Assembly: GCA_001029695.1 (NCBI GenBank)
Contig: CP011211.1
Coordinates: 900,001 to 932,000 of the forward strand
Source: Candidatus Saccharimonadota bacterium
Lineage (GTDB): Bacteria > Patescibacteriota > Saccharimonadia > Saccharimonadales > Saccharimonadaceae
DNA: 32,000 bases
Direction of reading: 5' to 3'
Shown here piece after piece: positions 1 through 9,264 of this stretch. Position 1 is the stretch's first letter. The number at the start of each line of letters is the position of its first letter. The notes below the pieces were generated by a model. It saw only the letters and a program-made list of their open reading frames with translations. It was not told where the DNA came from and searched no databases. The translations under genes and the position numbers were made by a program.

Positions 1-578
1 CCCTTTCTGATGTCACGAAAGTATCTGCTTTGATTGATGCTGTCGGAAGCAATCTTCGTTCAACATTTGAGACTGCCGAGATACGAACTCTTGTTGATCT
101 TGGTAACTCTGTCCAGCAGGACAAAATAAAATCGCTACCATTCAATGATGAAAAGCAAGATTTACAGCTTATGACCACAGCAATGGTTGGTGGTGCAAGT
201 ATTGTACAGCCCTCAGCTGGCCTGTATGACTATAGTGATATTCGCACCTATCTTCAGGAAAATCTGAGCAATAATCCTGTGACGAAAGAGAAGGCAAGTA
301 TCGTTGTATTAAACGGCTCAGGTGTAGCTGGCGCTGGTCAGAAAGAGTCCGACAAGCTAACGCAGCAGGGATTTGTTGTATCGAATGTTGCCAACGCTCC
401 CGCAGGTGACTACGGTAAAGCAGTCATCTACCAGCTGAGTAGTGAAGGTGCGTCTGCGACAGCAGAGAAACTTAAGCAACTCTACGGAGTATCAATCAAG
501 CAAGAAGACCCACCGGTTGCTGTCGCGGAAGGTACGAAATTTGTTGTGATCATAGGCCAGGCAACTACCTCAAACTAG
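1..578 (+). CDS. LCP (LytR-CpsA-Psr) family protein, C-terminal part with LytR_C-like domain; 5' end lies outside the window
   Basis: The frame is open from base 3 to TAG at 576-578, so track ORF 30..578 only marks the first in-window Met. The segment IVVLNGSGVAGAGQKESDKLTQQGFVV...AVIYQ resembles the LytR_C domain found at the end of LCP proteins. Confidence 0.6.
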   Translation, partial: LSDVTKVSALIDAVGSNLRSTFETAEIRTLVDLGNSVQQDKIKSLPFNDEKQDLQLMTTAMVGGASIVQPSAGLYDYSDIRTYLQENLSNNPVTKEKASIVVLNGSGVAGAGQKESDKLTQQGFVVSNVANAPAGDYGKAVIYQLSSEGASATAEKLKQLYGVSIKQEDPPVAVAEGTKFVVIIGQATTSN

Positions 579-587
579 CCACGACCG

Positions 588-596
588 TGCTATAAT
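588..596 (+). promoter_or_regulatory. Extended -10 box 11 nt upstream of ATG 608
   Basis: TGcTATAAT. Confidence 0.5.
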
Positions 597-607
597 AAGA
601 AAAGTTT

Positions 608-1408
608 ATGGAATTACTACGAGTTGTAAAGCACCGTTCTTTGGTGAGCGAACTAGTCTACGTATTACTTAATGTTGGCCTTGCTGTCACTATATTGCTT
701 GTTGTATGGGCGGTGGAGTCACCACTTCCGGCGTTTATACTAATCCTTCTTAGCAAATGGCGCATCTTCGCTGTAAGGCCACGCTACTGGCTCGCTCATG
801 TACAGGCAAATCTTGTTGATTTGATTGTGAGTATTAGTTTGGTGGTACTACTGTACTCTGCTGGTAGTGCAGGTGGGGAGCAGGGAGTTATGCTTCAGGT
901 AGCTATAGCGGTCCTGTATGTCATATGGCTTCTAGCGCTCAAACCTCGCTCAAAGCGTTCATTTGTGGTTGCGCAAGCAGGAGTTGCGCTGTTCGTCGGT
1001 ACGATGGCATTGTTTAGCGCAGCGTACGAATGGCCATCTTCGGCGGTTGTTGTTGCTATGTGGCTGCTTGGCTACGCAGCGGCACGTCACGTTCTGTCGG
1101 CATATTCTGAAACAAGCGCCACTTTCCTGAGCCTGGCATGGGGATTCGTGATTGCACAGATTGGCTGGATTTCGTATCACTGGGCGATAGCATATAGCCT
1201 TCCGCTCATAGAGGGTATTCGACTTCCGCAGGCGTCAATTATTGTGATTGCGCTGAGCTTTGCGGCTGAGCGGGTCTATGCGTCGTATGCAAAGCATGGT
1301 TCTGTTAAGGCCGCTGACATCTTACTGCCAGTACTACTTTCAGTGAGTGTTATTGCGATTCTTGTGCTCTTCTTCAACGCAGAGCATTTAAGTGTTTCCT
1401 CAGTCTAG
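608..1408 (+). CDS. Polytopic integral membrane protein, unknown function
   Basis: 266 aa ORF with about 7-8 hydrophobic helices by eye. No recognisable catalytic motif. TGcTATAAT lies 11 nt upstream of the ATG. Confidence 0.7.
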   Translation: MELLRVVKHRSLVSELVYVLLNVGLAVTILLVVWAVESPLPAFILILLSKWRIFAVRPRYWLAHVQANLVDLIVSISLVVLLYSAGSAGGEQGVMLQVAIAVLYVIWLLALKPRSKRSFVVAQAGVALFVGTMALFSAAYEWPSSAVVVAMWLLGYAAARHVLSAYSETSATFLSLAWGFVIAQIGWISYHWAIAYSLPLIEGIRLPQASIIVIALSFAAERVYASYAKHGSVKAADILLPVLLSVSVIAILVLFFNAEHLSVSSV

Positions 1409-1441
1409 TGTCATATACTAAAAGATAAAGGGGTGAGAATA

Positions 1442-2677
1442 ATGAAGAAAGAACCAGAAATAAGCGAGAAATCTTCGCAACCAACGACATCAATTGATGA
1501 GACAAAGACTCAGTCAGCCCAGCCTGTGCCGTCTGCACCTGCGACTAGTGTTTCGCGGAAGAGGCCTTCAAAGGGTAAATTTTTTGCAGCTGCTATTTTA
1601 CTAATCGTTCTTTGTTTTACTGCCGGACTTGGTGGTGGATACATTTCTCAGCTAGCAGGTAACGATACCCATGACTCAAACCGAAATAGCGCAGGTGATG
1701 GCAATCAAATCATTACCCAAGAAGAAGAAGACATATCGTCGGTTGCTACGAAGGTTGGGCCAAGCGTCGTCTCTATCGTCACGAAGGCTCAGGCGCAATC
1801 TATCTACGGTACTCGCACCCAGGAGGGTGCAGGAACTGGGATTATCGTGAGTGCCGATGGGTACGTACTTACAAACAAGCATGTTATCCAAGACAGCCAG
1901 GAGGTCGCGGTTGTGACTTCTAATGGCGTGACGCATAGCGATGTGACCATTGTCGGGAGTGATCCGCTCAATGATATCGCGTTTCTCAAAATAAAAGGTG
2001 TAAACGATTTGAAGCCAGCTGAACTTGGTGATTCGAGTTCGATCCGTATTGGCCAGAAGGTCGTTGCAATCGGTAACTCGCTTGGTCAGTACCAAAACAC
2101 GGTGACGAGCGGTATCATATCAGGAACTGGACGTCCTGTGTCTGCGCAGTCGGGCGGGTCAGTAGAGACGCTCACAGATCTGTTGCAGACGGATGCAGCA
2201 ATCAATCCGGGAAATTCCGGTGGACCACTCACGAACCTAAAAGGGCAGGTGATTGGTATTAACACTGCTGTTGCACAAGATGCACAAGGTATTGGGTTCT
2301 CTATCCCGATCAACGCCACTAAAGGCATGCTGAAGCAGCTGCTGAAGACGGGTAAAGTTGAGCGATCGTATATCGGTGTAAACTACATATCTATTACGCC
2401 AGATGTAGCTGAGGCATATAAACTGCCAGTAAAGGCTGGGGCATACGTCTACTCCGAGCAGGGGACAGCAATTGCATCGGGAAGTCCTGCTGAAAAAGCT
2501 GGCATTAAGGACAAGGATATTATCACAAAAGTGAACGACATTGAGGTTGGTGATCGAGGTGGCGTCGCAAGTCTTGTTGCCGAATATGCGCCAGGTGACA
2601 CTGTGAAGTTAACGATACTTCGAGACAATAAGACAATTACACTTGATGTAGTGCTCGCCGCCTATAGTCAGAGTTAG
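1442..2677 (+). CDS. htrA: HtrA/DegP-family trypsin-like serine protease with C-terminal PDZ domain and N-terminal membrane anchor
   Basis: Catalytic triad contexts LTNKHVI, NDIAFLKI and GNSGGPL are present. A PDZ-like tail follows (GSPAEKAGIKDKDIITKVND). ATG 1442 is preferred over GTG 1433 because AAGGGG sits 5-8 nt upstream. Confidence 0.88.
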   Translation: MKKEPEISEKSSQPTTSIDETKTQSAQPVPSAPATSVSRKRPSKGKFFAAAILLIVLCFTAGLGGGYISQLAGNDTHDSNRNSAGDGNQIITQEEEDISSVATKVGPSVVSIVTKAQAQSIYGTRTQEGAGTGIIVSADGYVLTNKHVIQDSQEVAVVTSNGVTHSDVTIVGSDPLNDIAFLKIKGVNDLKPAELGDSSSIRIGQKVVAIGNSLGQYQNTVTSGIISGTGRPVSAQSGGSVETLTDLLQTDAAINPGNSGGPLTNLKGQVIGINTAVAQDAQGIGFSIPINATKGMLKQLLKTGKVERSYIGVNYISITPDVAEAYKLPVKAGAYVYSEQGTAIASGSPAEKAGIKDKDIITKVNDIEVGDRGGVASLVAEYAPGDTVKLTILRDNKTITLDVVLAAYSQS

Positions 2678-3531
2678 CCTACTTTAGTCAGGTGAACAAT
2701 ATAATCACGGGTTTGCTCATGGGCGAACCCGTATTGTTTGGCGAGCGACACGATTGCGCTATGTTGCCTCGGATCAGCTTCAAGAAGAAGCATACCGTTT
2801 GTTCGCAAGCGTTGTTCCGCCTGCGGTATAAGCTGATTGATGAGCGCAAGTCCGTCACTTTCAGCATAGAGTGCAATCGCAGGCTCGGCATTTGTTTCGG
2901 GTGAGACCTCCCAGGCGCGACTGACATACGGGAGATTTGCAACGACGATATCAAGCGGGAGTGGGTAGCCACGAAGTAGATCACCGCGCTGCATCGTAAC
3001 ATCAGCGTGAAGTGCTTCGGCATTCTTTTTTGCAACGCTCAGTGCATGTTCGCTAATATCCACAAGTGTGACATTGAGGGTTGGGAGCTCAAGTTTTGCA
3101 GTAATCCCCAGACAGCCGCTACCCGTACCTACATCGATAAGACGCTTCTGTATAGCCTGTCCGAGTGCAAGTTCTGGTGGAAAAATCTCCTTTAAGATAT
3201 CGATGATAGTTTCTGACTCGGGTCGCGGAATTAAGGTTGCAGTCGTCACTGTGAATGGACGTCCAAAAAATTCCTTATGCCCGATGATATAGGCAATAGG
3301 TGTTCGGTCGATCCGAAGCGCGAGGCGCGCATCTGCGATCTCACGCTTATGGAGCTCAATCAGTTCGTCGTCGTGCGCGTGCAGAAATGTACGCGGTTTT
3401 CGAAGTGTGTGTGCAAGGATAATTTCAGCATCAAGACGTGCGGACTCGATACCTGCACGTTGAAGCTCAGTCGTGGCGCTTTGTAGCCATTGGCTAATTG
3501 CTAGCGCTGGCGGCTGCAAGCTCACGTTCAT
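2674..3531 (-). CDS. prmC: Release-factor glutamine N5-methyltransferase PrmC/HemK
   Basis: SAM-binding motif [10 protein letters not shown] and substrate motif NLPY (NPPY variant) are present. It lies immediately downstream of prfA, the classical prfA-prmC pairing. Its 5' end overlaps the prfA 3' end by 38 nt, or 26 nt if the TTG at 3519 is used. Confidence 0.85.
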   Translation of the reverse strand: MNVSLQPPALAISQWLQSATTELQRAGIESARLDAEIILAHTLRKPRTFLHAHDDELIELHKREIADARLALRIDRTPIAYIIGHKEFFGRPFTVTTATLIPRPESETIIDILKEIFPPELALGQAIQKRLIDVGTGSGCLGITAKLELPTLNVTLVDISEHALSVAKKNAEALHADVTMQRGDLLRGYPLPLDIVVANLPYVSRAWEVSPETNAEPAIALYAESDGLALINQLIPQAEQRLRTNGMLLLEADPRQHSAIVSLAKQYGFAHEQTRDYIVHLTKVG

Positions 3532-4564
3532 ATGCCTGAAGATGTTCGATTAAGTCGTCAATATTGCCGTTCATAGCAGCTGGTATGGCGCTACGGCTGT
3601 ATCCGATACGATGATCGGTGATACGGTCTTGTGGGAAGTTGTATGTACGGATCTTTTCACTGCGGTCACCGCTACCAATAAGGCTTCGACGCTCGGCAGC
3701 AAGTTTTGATTGTTCTTCGTCGATTTTCGCCTGTAGGAGGCGTGAGCGAAGTACGCTCATAGCTTTTTCCTTGTTTTTGATCTGCGATTTTTCATCTTGG
3801 TTTGTCACAACTAGCCCTGTAGGTAGGTGGGTGATACGTACTGCGCTGTCGGTGGTGTTGACACTTTGACCACCGTGTCCGCCTGCTCGGTAGACGTCAA
3901 TTTTTAGATCACCTGCGTTAATCTCAATGTCGGTTTCTTCTGCCTCCGGTAGGACGGCGACAGTAACGGTACTTGTGTGGATACGCCCTTGTGATTCTGT
4001 GGCTGGAATTCGCTGTACACGGTGAACGCCAGACTCAAACTTAAGTCGGGCGTATGGTGCGTCACCTTTGACACCAAATACAACTTCTTTGTAGCCGCCT
4101 GTATCGTTGGCGCTCTCGCTTAGGAGCTCGGTTTTAAGGTTGTTTGCCTCGCAGTACCGGAGGTACATTCGGTAGAGTTCAGCGGCAAATAGACTTGCTT
4201 CGTCGCCACCTGCGCCTGCGCGAATTTCAATAATGACATTCTTCTCGTCATTTGGGTCTTTTGGCGCAAGAGTGATGAACAATTCTTCTTCAAGTTTTTC
4301 GAGTGCTTGTTCGCTTTCTGCGACTTCTGCTTTCGCAAGCTCGGCGAGCTCATCGCTGCCGCTCGAGAGTTCACGGGCTTCGATGATATTTTGTTGTAGC
4401 TGTTCACGTTTTTTAGCCATCGCAATCAATGATTCGAGTTCTGTAAATCGTTTGTTTTTTGTTGAAAACTGAGGGTCAGAATAAGCTGACGGGTCAGCAA
4501 GAAATGCACCAAGTTGCTCGCGCTCCGCTTCAAGCTCGGATAAGTTAAGGGATATTTTTACCAT
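3494..4564 (-). CDS. prfA: Peptide chain release factor 1
   Basis: GGQ motif ([24 protein letters not shown]) and an RF1-type PxT tripeptide ([13 protein letters not shown]) are present. Length is 356 aa. Confidence 0.95.
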   Translation of the reverse strand: MVKISLNLSELEAEREQLGAFLADPSAYSDPQFSTKNKRFTELESLIAMAKKREQLQQNIIEARELSSGSDELAELAKAEVAESEQALEKLEEELFITLAPKDPNDEKNVIIEIRAGAGGDEASLFAAELYRMYLRYCEANNLKTELLSESANDTGGYKEVVFGVKGDAPYARLKFESGVHRVQRIPATESQGRIHTSTVTVAVLPEAEETDIEINAGDLKIDVYRAGGHGGQSVNTTDSAVRITHLPTGLVVTNQDEKSQIKNKEKAMSVLRSRLLQAKIDEEQSKLAAERRSLIGSGDRSEKIRTYNFPQDRITDHRIGYSRSAIPAAMNGNIDDLIEHLQAYERELAAASASN

Positions 4565-4572
4565 ATAGTCCT

Positions 4573-4578
4573 ATTATA
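4573..4578 (-). promoter_or_regulatory. -10 box 8 nt upstream of the prfA start
   Basis: The minus strand reads TTATAAT-aggactat-ATG. Confidence 0.5.
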
Positions 4579-4589
4579 ACAGATATGGA

Positions 4590-4889
4590 CTATGACTTCT
4601 TGTCGGTTTTTTGGTGCGTAAAGCGCATAAAGCCGATAATGAAACTGATAGTTCCAAGGACGATAGTGATCATCGTAATAATCCCAAGGCTCGTCGTGAT
4701 TGTTCGCATGAGTGCACCGTCACTTCCAAGCAGGTGACTCTCGCAGCGCGTGGCGTTGACGGCACCGGTCGTTATTGCTGAGCTGGAAGGAGCTCCGCAA
4801 TCTGGAACGGTCGTGAGGCTGTATGACACGAACGACACAAGTCCGTACAGTGCAAAGACTGACACGAGTATGATAATTGGCCAAAGCAT
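4590..4889 (-). CDS. Small two-helix membrane protein with a Cys-containing loop, unknown function
   Basis: 99 aa with hydrophobic helices at both ends (WPIIILVSVFALYGLVSFV and LGIITMITIVLGTISFIIGF). A basic tail follows. The stop lies 25 nt upstream of the prfA start. Confidence 0.55.
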   Translation of the reverse strand: MLWPIIILVSVFALYGLVSFVSYSLTTVPDCGAPSSSAITTGAVNATRCESHLLGSDGALMRTITTSLGIITMITIVLGTISFIIGFMRFTHQKTDKKS

Positions 4890-5002
4890 GAGATAGCTGG
4901 GCTGAAAGCGTTGCGGGCGTGGCGATGGAGCGACTGGGGTGGTTATGGTAGTGTACTGTTCTTGTTCGTCTAATTACGAAATTCTAGTAGTGTTATTGTA
5001 TC

Positions 5003-5032
5003 AAAAAAGGCCGCATTTGTGCGACCTTTTTT
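5003..5032 (-). terminator. Intrinsic terminator downstream of rpmE
   Basis: Stem 5009-5015/5020-5026 flanked by A6 and T6 runs. The single non-Watson-Crick position is G-U on the minus-strand RNA but C-A on the plus strand, which favours minus-strand function. Confidence 0.75.
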
Positions 5033-5047
5033 GATACCGAAGTAAGC

Positions 5048-5368
5048 TTACTTATCAGCTTTTTTAGCTTTGATGGCGTTAACCTTCTTAGCTTTTGCTG
5101 CAAGCTGCTCTTTGCGAGCTTCGGCTGCTTTTCGACGAGCTTCAAATCGATCAACACGACCTTCAGTGTCGATGATTTTCTCTTCACCAGTAAAGAACGG
5201 GTGAGAAGCTGATGAGATGTGGACTTTTACGAGTGGATACTCGTTGCCATCTTCCCATTTAATAGTGTCTTTAGTCTGCGCTGTTGACTGTGTCAGAAAC
5301 GCAAAACCGGCCACATCGTCGCTAAATACGACTGGGCGATAGGTTGTTGGATGTATACTGCTTTTCAT
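5048..5368 (-). CDS. rpmE: 50S ribosomal protein L31, Cys-less (type B-like) with a Lys/Ala-rich C-terminal extension
   Basis: [15 protein letters not shown]...[20 protein letters not shown] matches L31. There is no CxxC zinc motif. The start is set at Met17 of the track ORF (cat at 5366-5368), where homology begins. Confidence 0.85.
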   Translation of the reverse strand: MKSSIHPTTYRPVVFSDDVAGFAFLTQSTAQTKDTIKWEDGNEYPLVKVHISSASHPFFTGEEKIIDTEGRVDRFEARRKAAEARKEQLAAKAKKVNAIKAKKADK

Positions 5369-5377
5369 ATCTGGACT

Positions 5378-5383
5378 ATTGTA
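5378..5383 (-). promoter_or_regulatory. -10 box 9 nt upstream of the rpmE start
   Basis: The minus strand reads TACAAT-agtccagat-ATG. Confidence 0.45.
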
Positions 5384-5438
5384 TCTGTTTTTGGGTGTAT
5401 TGTCAAAGGGAATCAACTAGGTACGTTAAATCACGACA

Positions 5439-5466
5439 TTGACAAAAACTAAAAAATATGTATAAT
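5439..5466 (+). promoter_or_regulatory. Near-consensus sigma70-type promoter for the 5515-8421 gene pair
   Basis: TTGACA (5439-5444), a 16-nt spacer, then TATAAT (5461-5466). This predicts an A-rich leader of about 40-48 nt with no SD near the ATG. Confidence 0.65.
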
Positions 5467-5514
5467 AAAACATAAGGATAAAACCACAAAAACAAATAAA
5501 ACGTAGCTCAATTT

Positions 5515-6807
5515 ATGTCTATCGAAACCTCTCGGCATCTTTCATCTGAACAAACTGCATCCGCCTATAGCGAGGCATTGAATCGAACGGAAACGCGAAC
5601 TCGCATGCTCGGTGCGTATAGCGTGGCTGAGACTTCAGTTGAGCCTACGGTGTCACTTGAGCAGAGGCGTGAGCAACAAGCCATAAACGAAAAAGAGTAC
5701 TTTGACGATATAATCATTCATCCCGCAGAGTACGACACACCTCTCACGCCAACCGAAATCGTTGACCGCATGGAAGTTGATCATGTCGTGAAGCGAGCAC
5801 CCCTCCTGAAGGACCAGGTGAGCGACCTGTCGCGCCACAATACCATCAGCTCGCGTAGTCGTAACGGTGCACCCGGAAGCGCTACGGAACATGATGCACT
5901 CGTGGAGCTGCAGCAATATCTTGAGGTTGCAGGAGGGTCGGAGCTTGTAACTGACAATAATGCTATGATTGCATTTGAAGCGCATGACATACTCGAGAAG
6001 CTGACGTTTATTGGCGAGAAAGAGTATAGCGAGGCGGCCTATGCAATAGCTGAATACTGGAAGAATCTTTTAGCTAAGAATCCAGATCAGCAGATATATG
6101 CTGCGACTGGATATATCATGAACGATCCGATGGGCATGTTAGACAAAGGCGAAATAAAGAGCGATAAATACCTTCTTGAGCATGTACTAGAAAACTTCTC
6201 GGACGAAGAACTTAGTGAGTACTCAAGCCAAATTGTTACTCGTCCAGAGGACATCACTACAGTATCAGCGAAAGATCTTAAAGTGGTGTTTCTTGATGAC
6301 TGGACAATTAGCGGTACGCAACTTTCTCAGGCTGCGGAATCATTCATCGAGGAGTTTCCTCAATTTACACAGGCAGTTGAAGTGCAGCTAATTGTGGCGG
6401 ATGAACGACGCATCAAGAGAGGGCTGATTGGTCCTGATTTTGGTAGTAGTCGGCACTCATATCACTCAAAACGCGAATCATTGCCGATCCGAGCGTATTA
6501 CCTTGCCCCGGAGTCACCGATGACTGTCTACGACGAAGATGATACAGATGAAAGCGGTGCTCGCATCACAGGGAGTCACTCTACGGTAGATTATGGTTTT
6601 CAGGACAATCTTCGGAGTATGCAAAGAATAACAGAGTTGATAGATCGCGACGAACTTTCGGAGACGCAAAAGGGTGAGTACGATCGACTCTCGACAACTC
6701 CTATTTTAGCGGAAGTTGCGCGGCCATATCGCCAGCCGAACTATCGACTTATTCAGGAGCAGCGACTTGATCATATACGAGCTTTGTCTCAGCGAAGTGC
6801 TTTGTAG
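5515..6807 (+). CDS. Hypothetical acidic cytoplasmic protein with a PRPP-binding-loop-like motif (possible PRTase-like domain)
   Basis: 430 aa with no signal peptide or TM helix. VVFLDDWTISGTQL (aa 257-270, nt 6283-6324) fits the type I phosphoribosyltransferase PRPP loop pattern. A near-consensus promoter lies upstream. Confidence 0.7.
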   Translation: MSIETSRHLSSEQTASAYSEALNRTETRTRMLGAYSVAETSVEPTVSLEQRREQQAINEKEYFDDIIIHPAEYDTPLTPTEIVDRMEVDHVVKRAPLLKDQVSDLSRHNTISSRSRNGAPGSATEHDALVELQQYLEVAGGSELVTDNNAMIAFEAHDILEKLTFIGEKEYSEAAYAIAEYWKNLLAKNPDQQIYAATGYIMNDPMGMLDKGEIKSDKYLLEHVLENFSDEELSEYSSQIVTRPEDITTVSAKDLKVVFLDDWTISGTQLSQAAESFIEEFPQFTQAVEVQLIVADERRIKRGLIGPDFGSSRHSYHSKRESLPIRAYYLAPESPMTVYDEDDTDESGARITGSHSTVDYGFQDNLRSMQRITELIDRDELSETQKGEYDRLSTTPILAEVARPYRQPNYRLIQEQRLDHIRALSQRSAL

Positions 6808-6810
6808 GGT

Positions 6811-8421
6811 ATGAATCACAATACGCTTTCAACAGATGTACATTACTCTCATCAAGGTATGGGGTTTGATTTTGACGAGCCATCAGTCACCTGGGCTGGT
6901 GATGAAGGGGAGTTGCCTGTAGGTGATGACGCGCCATTAGGGGTCGAGGAGTCGCAGGCATGGCTTGACCAACAGCAGCTTAACGATCTCGGAGGCGGCC
7001 TACGTATAGATAGCCTTCTTAAGAATCCAGACACACTACCTGCACTAGAGGCTACAGCGGTCACAGAGTTGGCGGCTATCGTAGCAAGAGATGATAGCAA
7101 AAACAATCTTGCTATCATTGCAGCGCGGTACCCTTCGGTAGAGATGGATGAAGCATTAATGAACCGAGTTTTCAGCCATCCCGCTGAAATACAGCAGCTT
7201 GTCGAGTCGAACAATGATCTTGTCTGGCAGATGACGACAGAGCTTGTCGGGCATGGTGCTGGTCAAAATCAAGGTGGTGCTGTTCCGAGCGTTCTTGAGG
7301 CTTTTGACTCAACAGAAGACCCAGAAGTTCGTAGCACGTTGCTTCACCATATGAATGTTCTACACGATGAACGATCGTCTGATTGGGCGAAGAATATTTC
7401 TTACGCGTTGCTGCGGATGAATGTTGTCGAAGCAGGTATAGGTATGACTGATATCGGAGTCGTGGGGCATATGCGGTCGGCGCATCAGCCGTCGGATAAT
7501 GTAATTGATACATTGGCAGTACCGCTTGCAAGTGCATTGCCGAGCGTTTCAGCGGAGAGGGGTGTCGATGTTGGCGCAAAGCTCCTGTCTGCTATGAGTG
7601 ACGATGAAAAACGCATGGTATTTAGTGATAAATTTCTAGAAGATCACCCCGATTTGAGCGTAGTGTCGTCTGCGTCCCTCCCTGATCTGCGGCCAGATCG
7701 TCAGGAAGCTGTCGTAAGTAATGCACTGATTGCAGCGATCGAAAAATCGCACAACAAAGACGCGCAGGAAAGAGCGTCGCAGCGCAACAAGGCTATTGCG
7801 GAGAGTGGTGTATATCTTCGATCGGGTGACCTGATCCACACGACATCAGTCGATAGTGTTGATTTAATTTTGAGCGGAGGTCTCGTCGCCGGTGAATTGA
7901 TTGGCGAGGGGAGTCGAAGTGACTCATATCCATTGAACGTTGATTTCAATGAGGTAAAGCCGGGTGACATAACCGAAGGATTTAGCGACCAGATGGATGC
8001 TGCTACTGTAGGATTTCATCAGCGCGGTGACACAGCAAGAAAGATTTCCTATATTATCCCTGCTGATCATGAGTTTTCTGATCGTCCCGCTGACTCAGCT
8101 AACGAAAATCACAGGCATCGCCTGGCATTTGCTGCGGTCTCAGCTACAGAAATAGGCGGTATTGTACTCAATGACACGTCTGATGAAGCATTAGAGACGA
8201 CGAAACAGATTGTACTTGAAGCAGTGCTTGGTGGGGGCGTGTATTATCCGGTTATTTCTGGTAGCGGTGAGCTTTTGTTAACGCCTGAAGAGTTTGCTTC
8301 GAGGACGTCACCTCTTCTTGATGAACTGAAGCGCCGCGAGGGTGATGAGCGGGCAACTACTGAGTTGGCTGGGGAATTTGCAGAGAAGGATATTACTATT
8401 CCTGATGGTGGCATGTTTTAG
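6811..8421 (+). CDS. Hypothetical large acidic protein, unknown function
   Basis: 536 aa ORF starting 3 nt after the previous stop, so probably co-transcribed. No TM helix, signal peptide or recognisable motif. Confidence 0.7.
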   Translation: MNHNTLSTDVHYSHQGMGFDFDEPSVTWAGDEGELPVGDDAPLGVEESQAWLDQQQLNDLGGGLRIDSLLKNPDTLPALEATAVTELAAIVARDDSKNNLAIIAARYPSVEMDEALMNRVFSHPAEIQQLVESNNDLVWQMTTELVGHGAGQNQGGAVPSVLEAFDSTEDPEVRSTLLHHMNVLHDERSSDWAKNISYALLRMNVVEAGIGMTDIGVVGHMRSAHQPSDNVIDTLAVPLASALPSVSAERGVDVGAKLLSAMSDDEKRMVFSDKFLEDHPDLSVVSSASLPDLRPDRQEAVVSNALIAAIEKSHNKDAQERASQRNKAIAESGVYLRSGDLIHTTSVDSVDLILSGGLVAGELIGEGSRSDSYPLNVDFNEVKPGDITEGFSDQMDAATVGFHQRGDTARKISYIIPADHEFSDRPADSANENHRHRLAFAAVSATEIGGIVLNDTSDEALETTKQIVLEAVLGGGVYYPVISGSGELLLTPEEFASRTSPLLDELKRREGDERATTELAGEFAEKDITIPDGGMF

Positions 8422-8439
8422 TGTACGAAGACTATATTA

Positions 8440-8468
8440 TTGACCTCTGTAGTTCTATCTGTTAGAAT
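8440..8468 (+). promoter_or_regulatory. Promoter of rpsB-tsf
   Basis: TTGACC (8440-8445), a 17-nt spacer, then TAGAAT (8463-8468). Confidence 0.6.
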
Positions 8469-8554
8469 TAAGGAGTAACAATTTTTAATGACACAACCAT
8501 TCACACACTCCTGAACCTTCAGGGTGGATGGTGAGGAACAAGGAGTTCAAAACT

Positions 8555-9262
8555 ATGGCAGTAACTGTCGATATTAAAGAGCTACTCGAAGCTGGTGTTC
8601 ACTTTGGACACAAAACGAGCCGTTGGCACCCTAAAATGGCGCCATACATTCATAGCAAACGCCAAGAGAGTCACATCATCGACCTCGTAAAGACCGTAGA
8701 AGGTCTTGAGGCTGCACTACCTTTTCTTACAAAGGTCGCTGCAAGCGGTAAGCAAGTACTTTTTGTTGGTACAAAGAAGCAGGCAAAAGATGTAGTTCGA
8801 CTTGCTGCAGAGAAAATCAACCAGCCATACGTCACTGAGCGTTGGGTTGGCGGTATGCTAACAAACGTTGCTACTGTTGCACAGCAGGTCAAGAAGCTAA
8901 AAGATCTTGAGAGTCGCATGAATTCTGGTGATCTTGAGAAGCGCTACAACAAGCTTGAAGTACAGCGCTTCCAGGAAGAGATTGATGAACTTAACATAAA
9001 ATACGGCGGCATCAAAGACCTTAACGGTAAGCCAGGTGCAGTTGTCGTTATCGATGTTATGACTGATGCAAATGCAATCAAAGAAGCAAAGACACTTGGT
9101 GTGCCTGTTGTAGGACTTGTGGATACAAATGTCGATCCAACACCTATTGACTACGTTATTCCAGGTAACGACGATGCAATCAAGGGTATTCAGTTGCTTC
9201 TTGATTACTTTACCGCTGCAGTTGCAGAAGGTGCAGGATCAGCTAAACAAGAGGAGAAATAG
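8555..9262 (+). CDS. rpsB: 30S ribosomal protein S2
   Basis: MAVTVDIKELLEAGVHFGHKTSRWHPKM... is a canonical S2 N-terminus. ATG 8555 is preceded by AAGGAG. Confidence 0.95.
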   Translation: MAVTVDIKELLEAGVHFGHKTSRWHPKMAPYIHSKRQESHIIDLVKTVEGLEAALPFLTKVAASGKQVLFVGTKKQAKDVVRLAAEKINQPYVTERWVGGMLTNVATVAQQVKKLKDLESRMNSGDLEKRYNKLEVQRFQEEIDELNIKYGGIKDLNGKPGAVVVIDVMTDANAIKEAKTLGVPVVGLVDTNVDPTPIDYVIPGNDDAIKGIQLLLDYFTAAVAEGAGSAKQEEK

Positions 9263-9264
9263 GC

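Noticed and set aside
1676-2328. Minus-strand ORFs of 139, 61 and 80 aa.
   Set aside because: They are antisense to the htrA-like gene, which has a complete catalytic triad and PDZ domain.
4890-4973. The frame of ORF 4590..4889 stays open for 27 more codons upstream (DEQEQYTTITTPVAPSPRPQRFQPSYL), suggesting a longer protein.
   Set aside because: The extension contains no ATG, GTG or TTG. An open stretch of that length is not unusual by chance.
4993-5187. 64-aa Lys-rich minus-strand ORF.
   Set aside because: It overlaps the rpmE 3' end in another frame and runs through the rpmE terminator. Its Lys-rich composition simply mirrors the A-rich coding of the L31 tail.
7831-7884. LIHTTSVDSVDLILSGGL in the 536-aa orphan looked superficially like the H-G-[ST]...I-L-x-x-G-L start of PARP/H-Y-E-class ADP-ribosyltransferases. 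Paired with the PRTase-like neighbour, that would have been attractive.
   Set aside because: The Gly after His is missing. I cannot place convincing downstream Tyr and Glu catalytic contexts. The match is one short low-information segment. It would need a profile or structure search and is not reported as a call.
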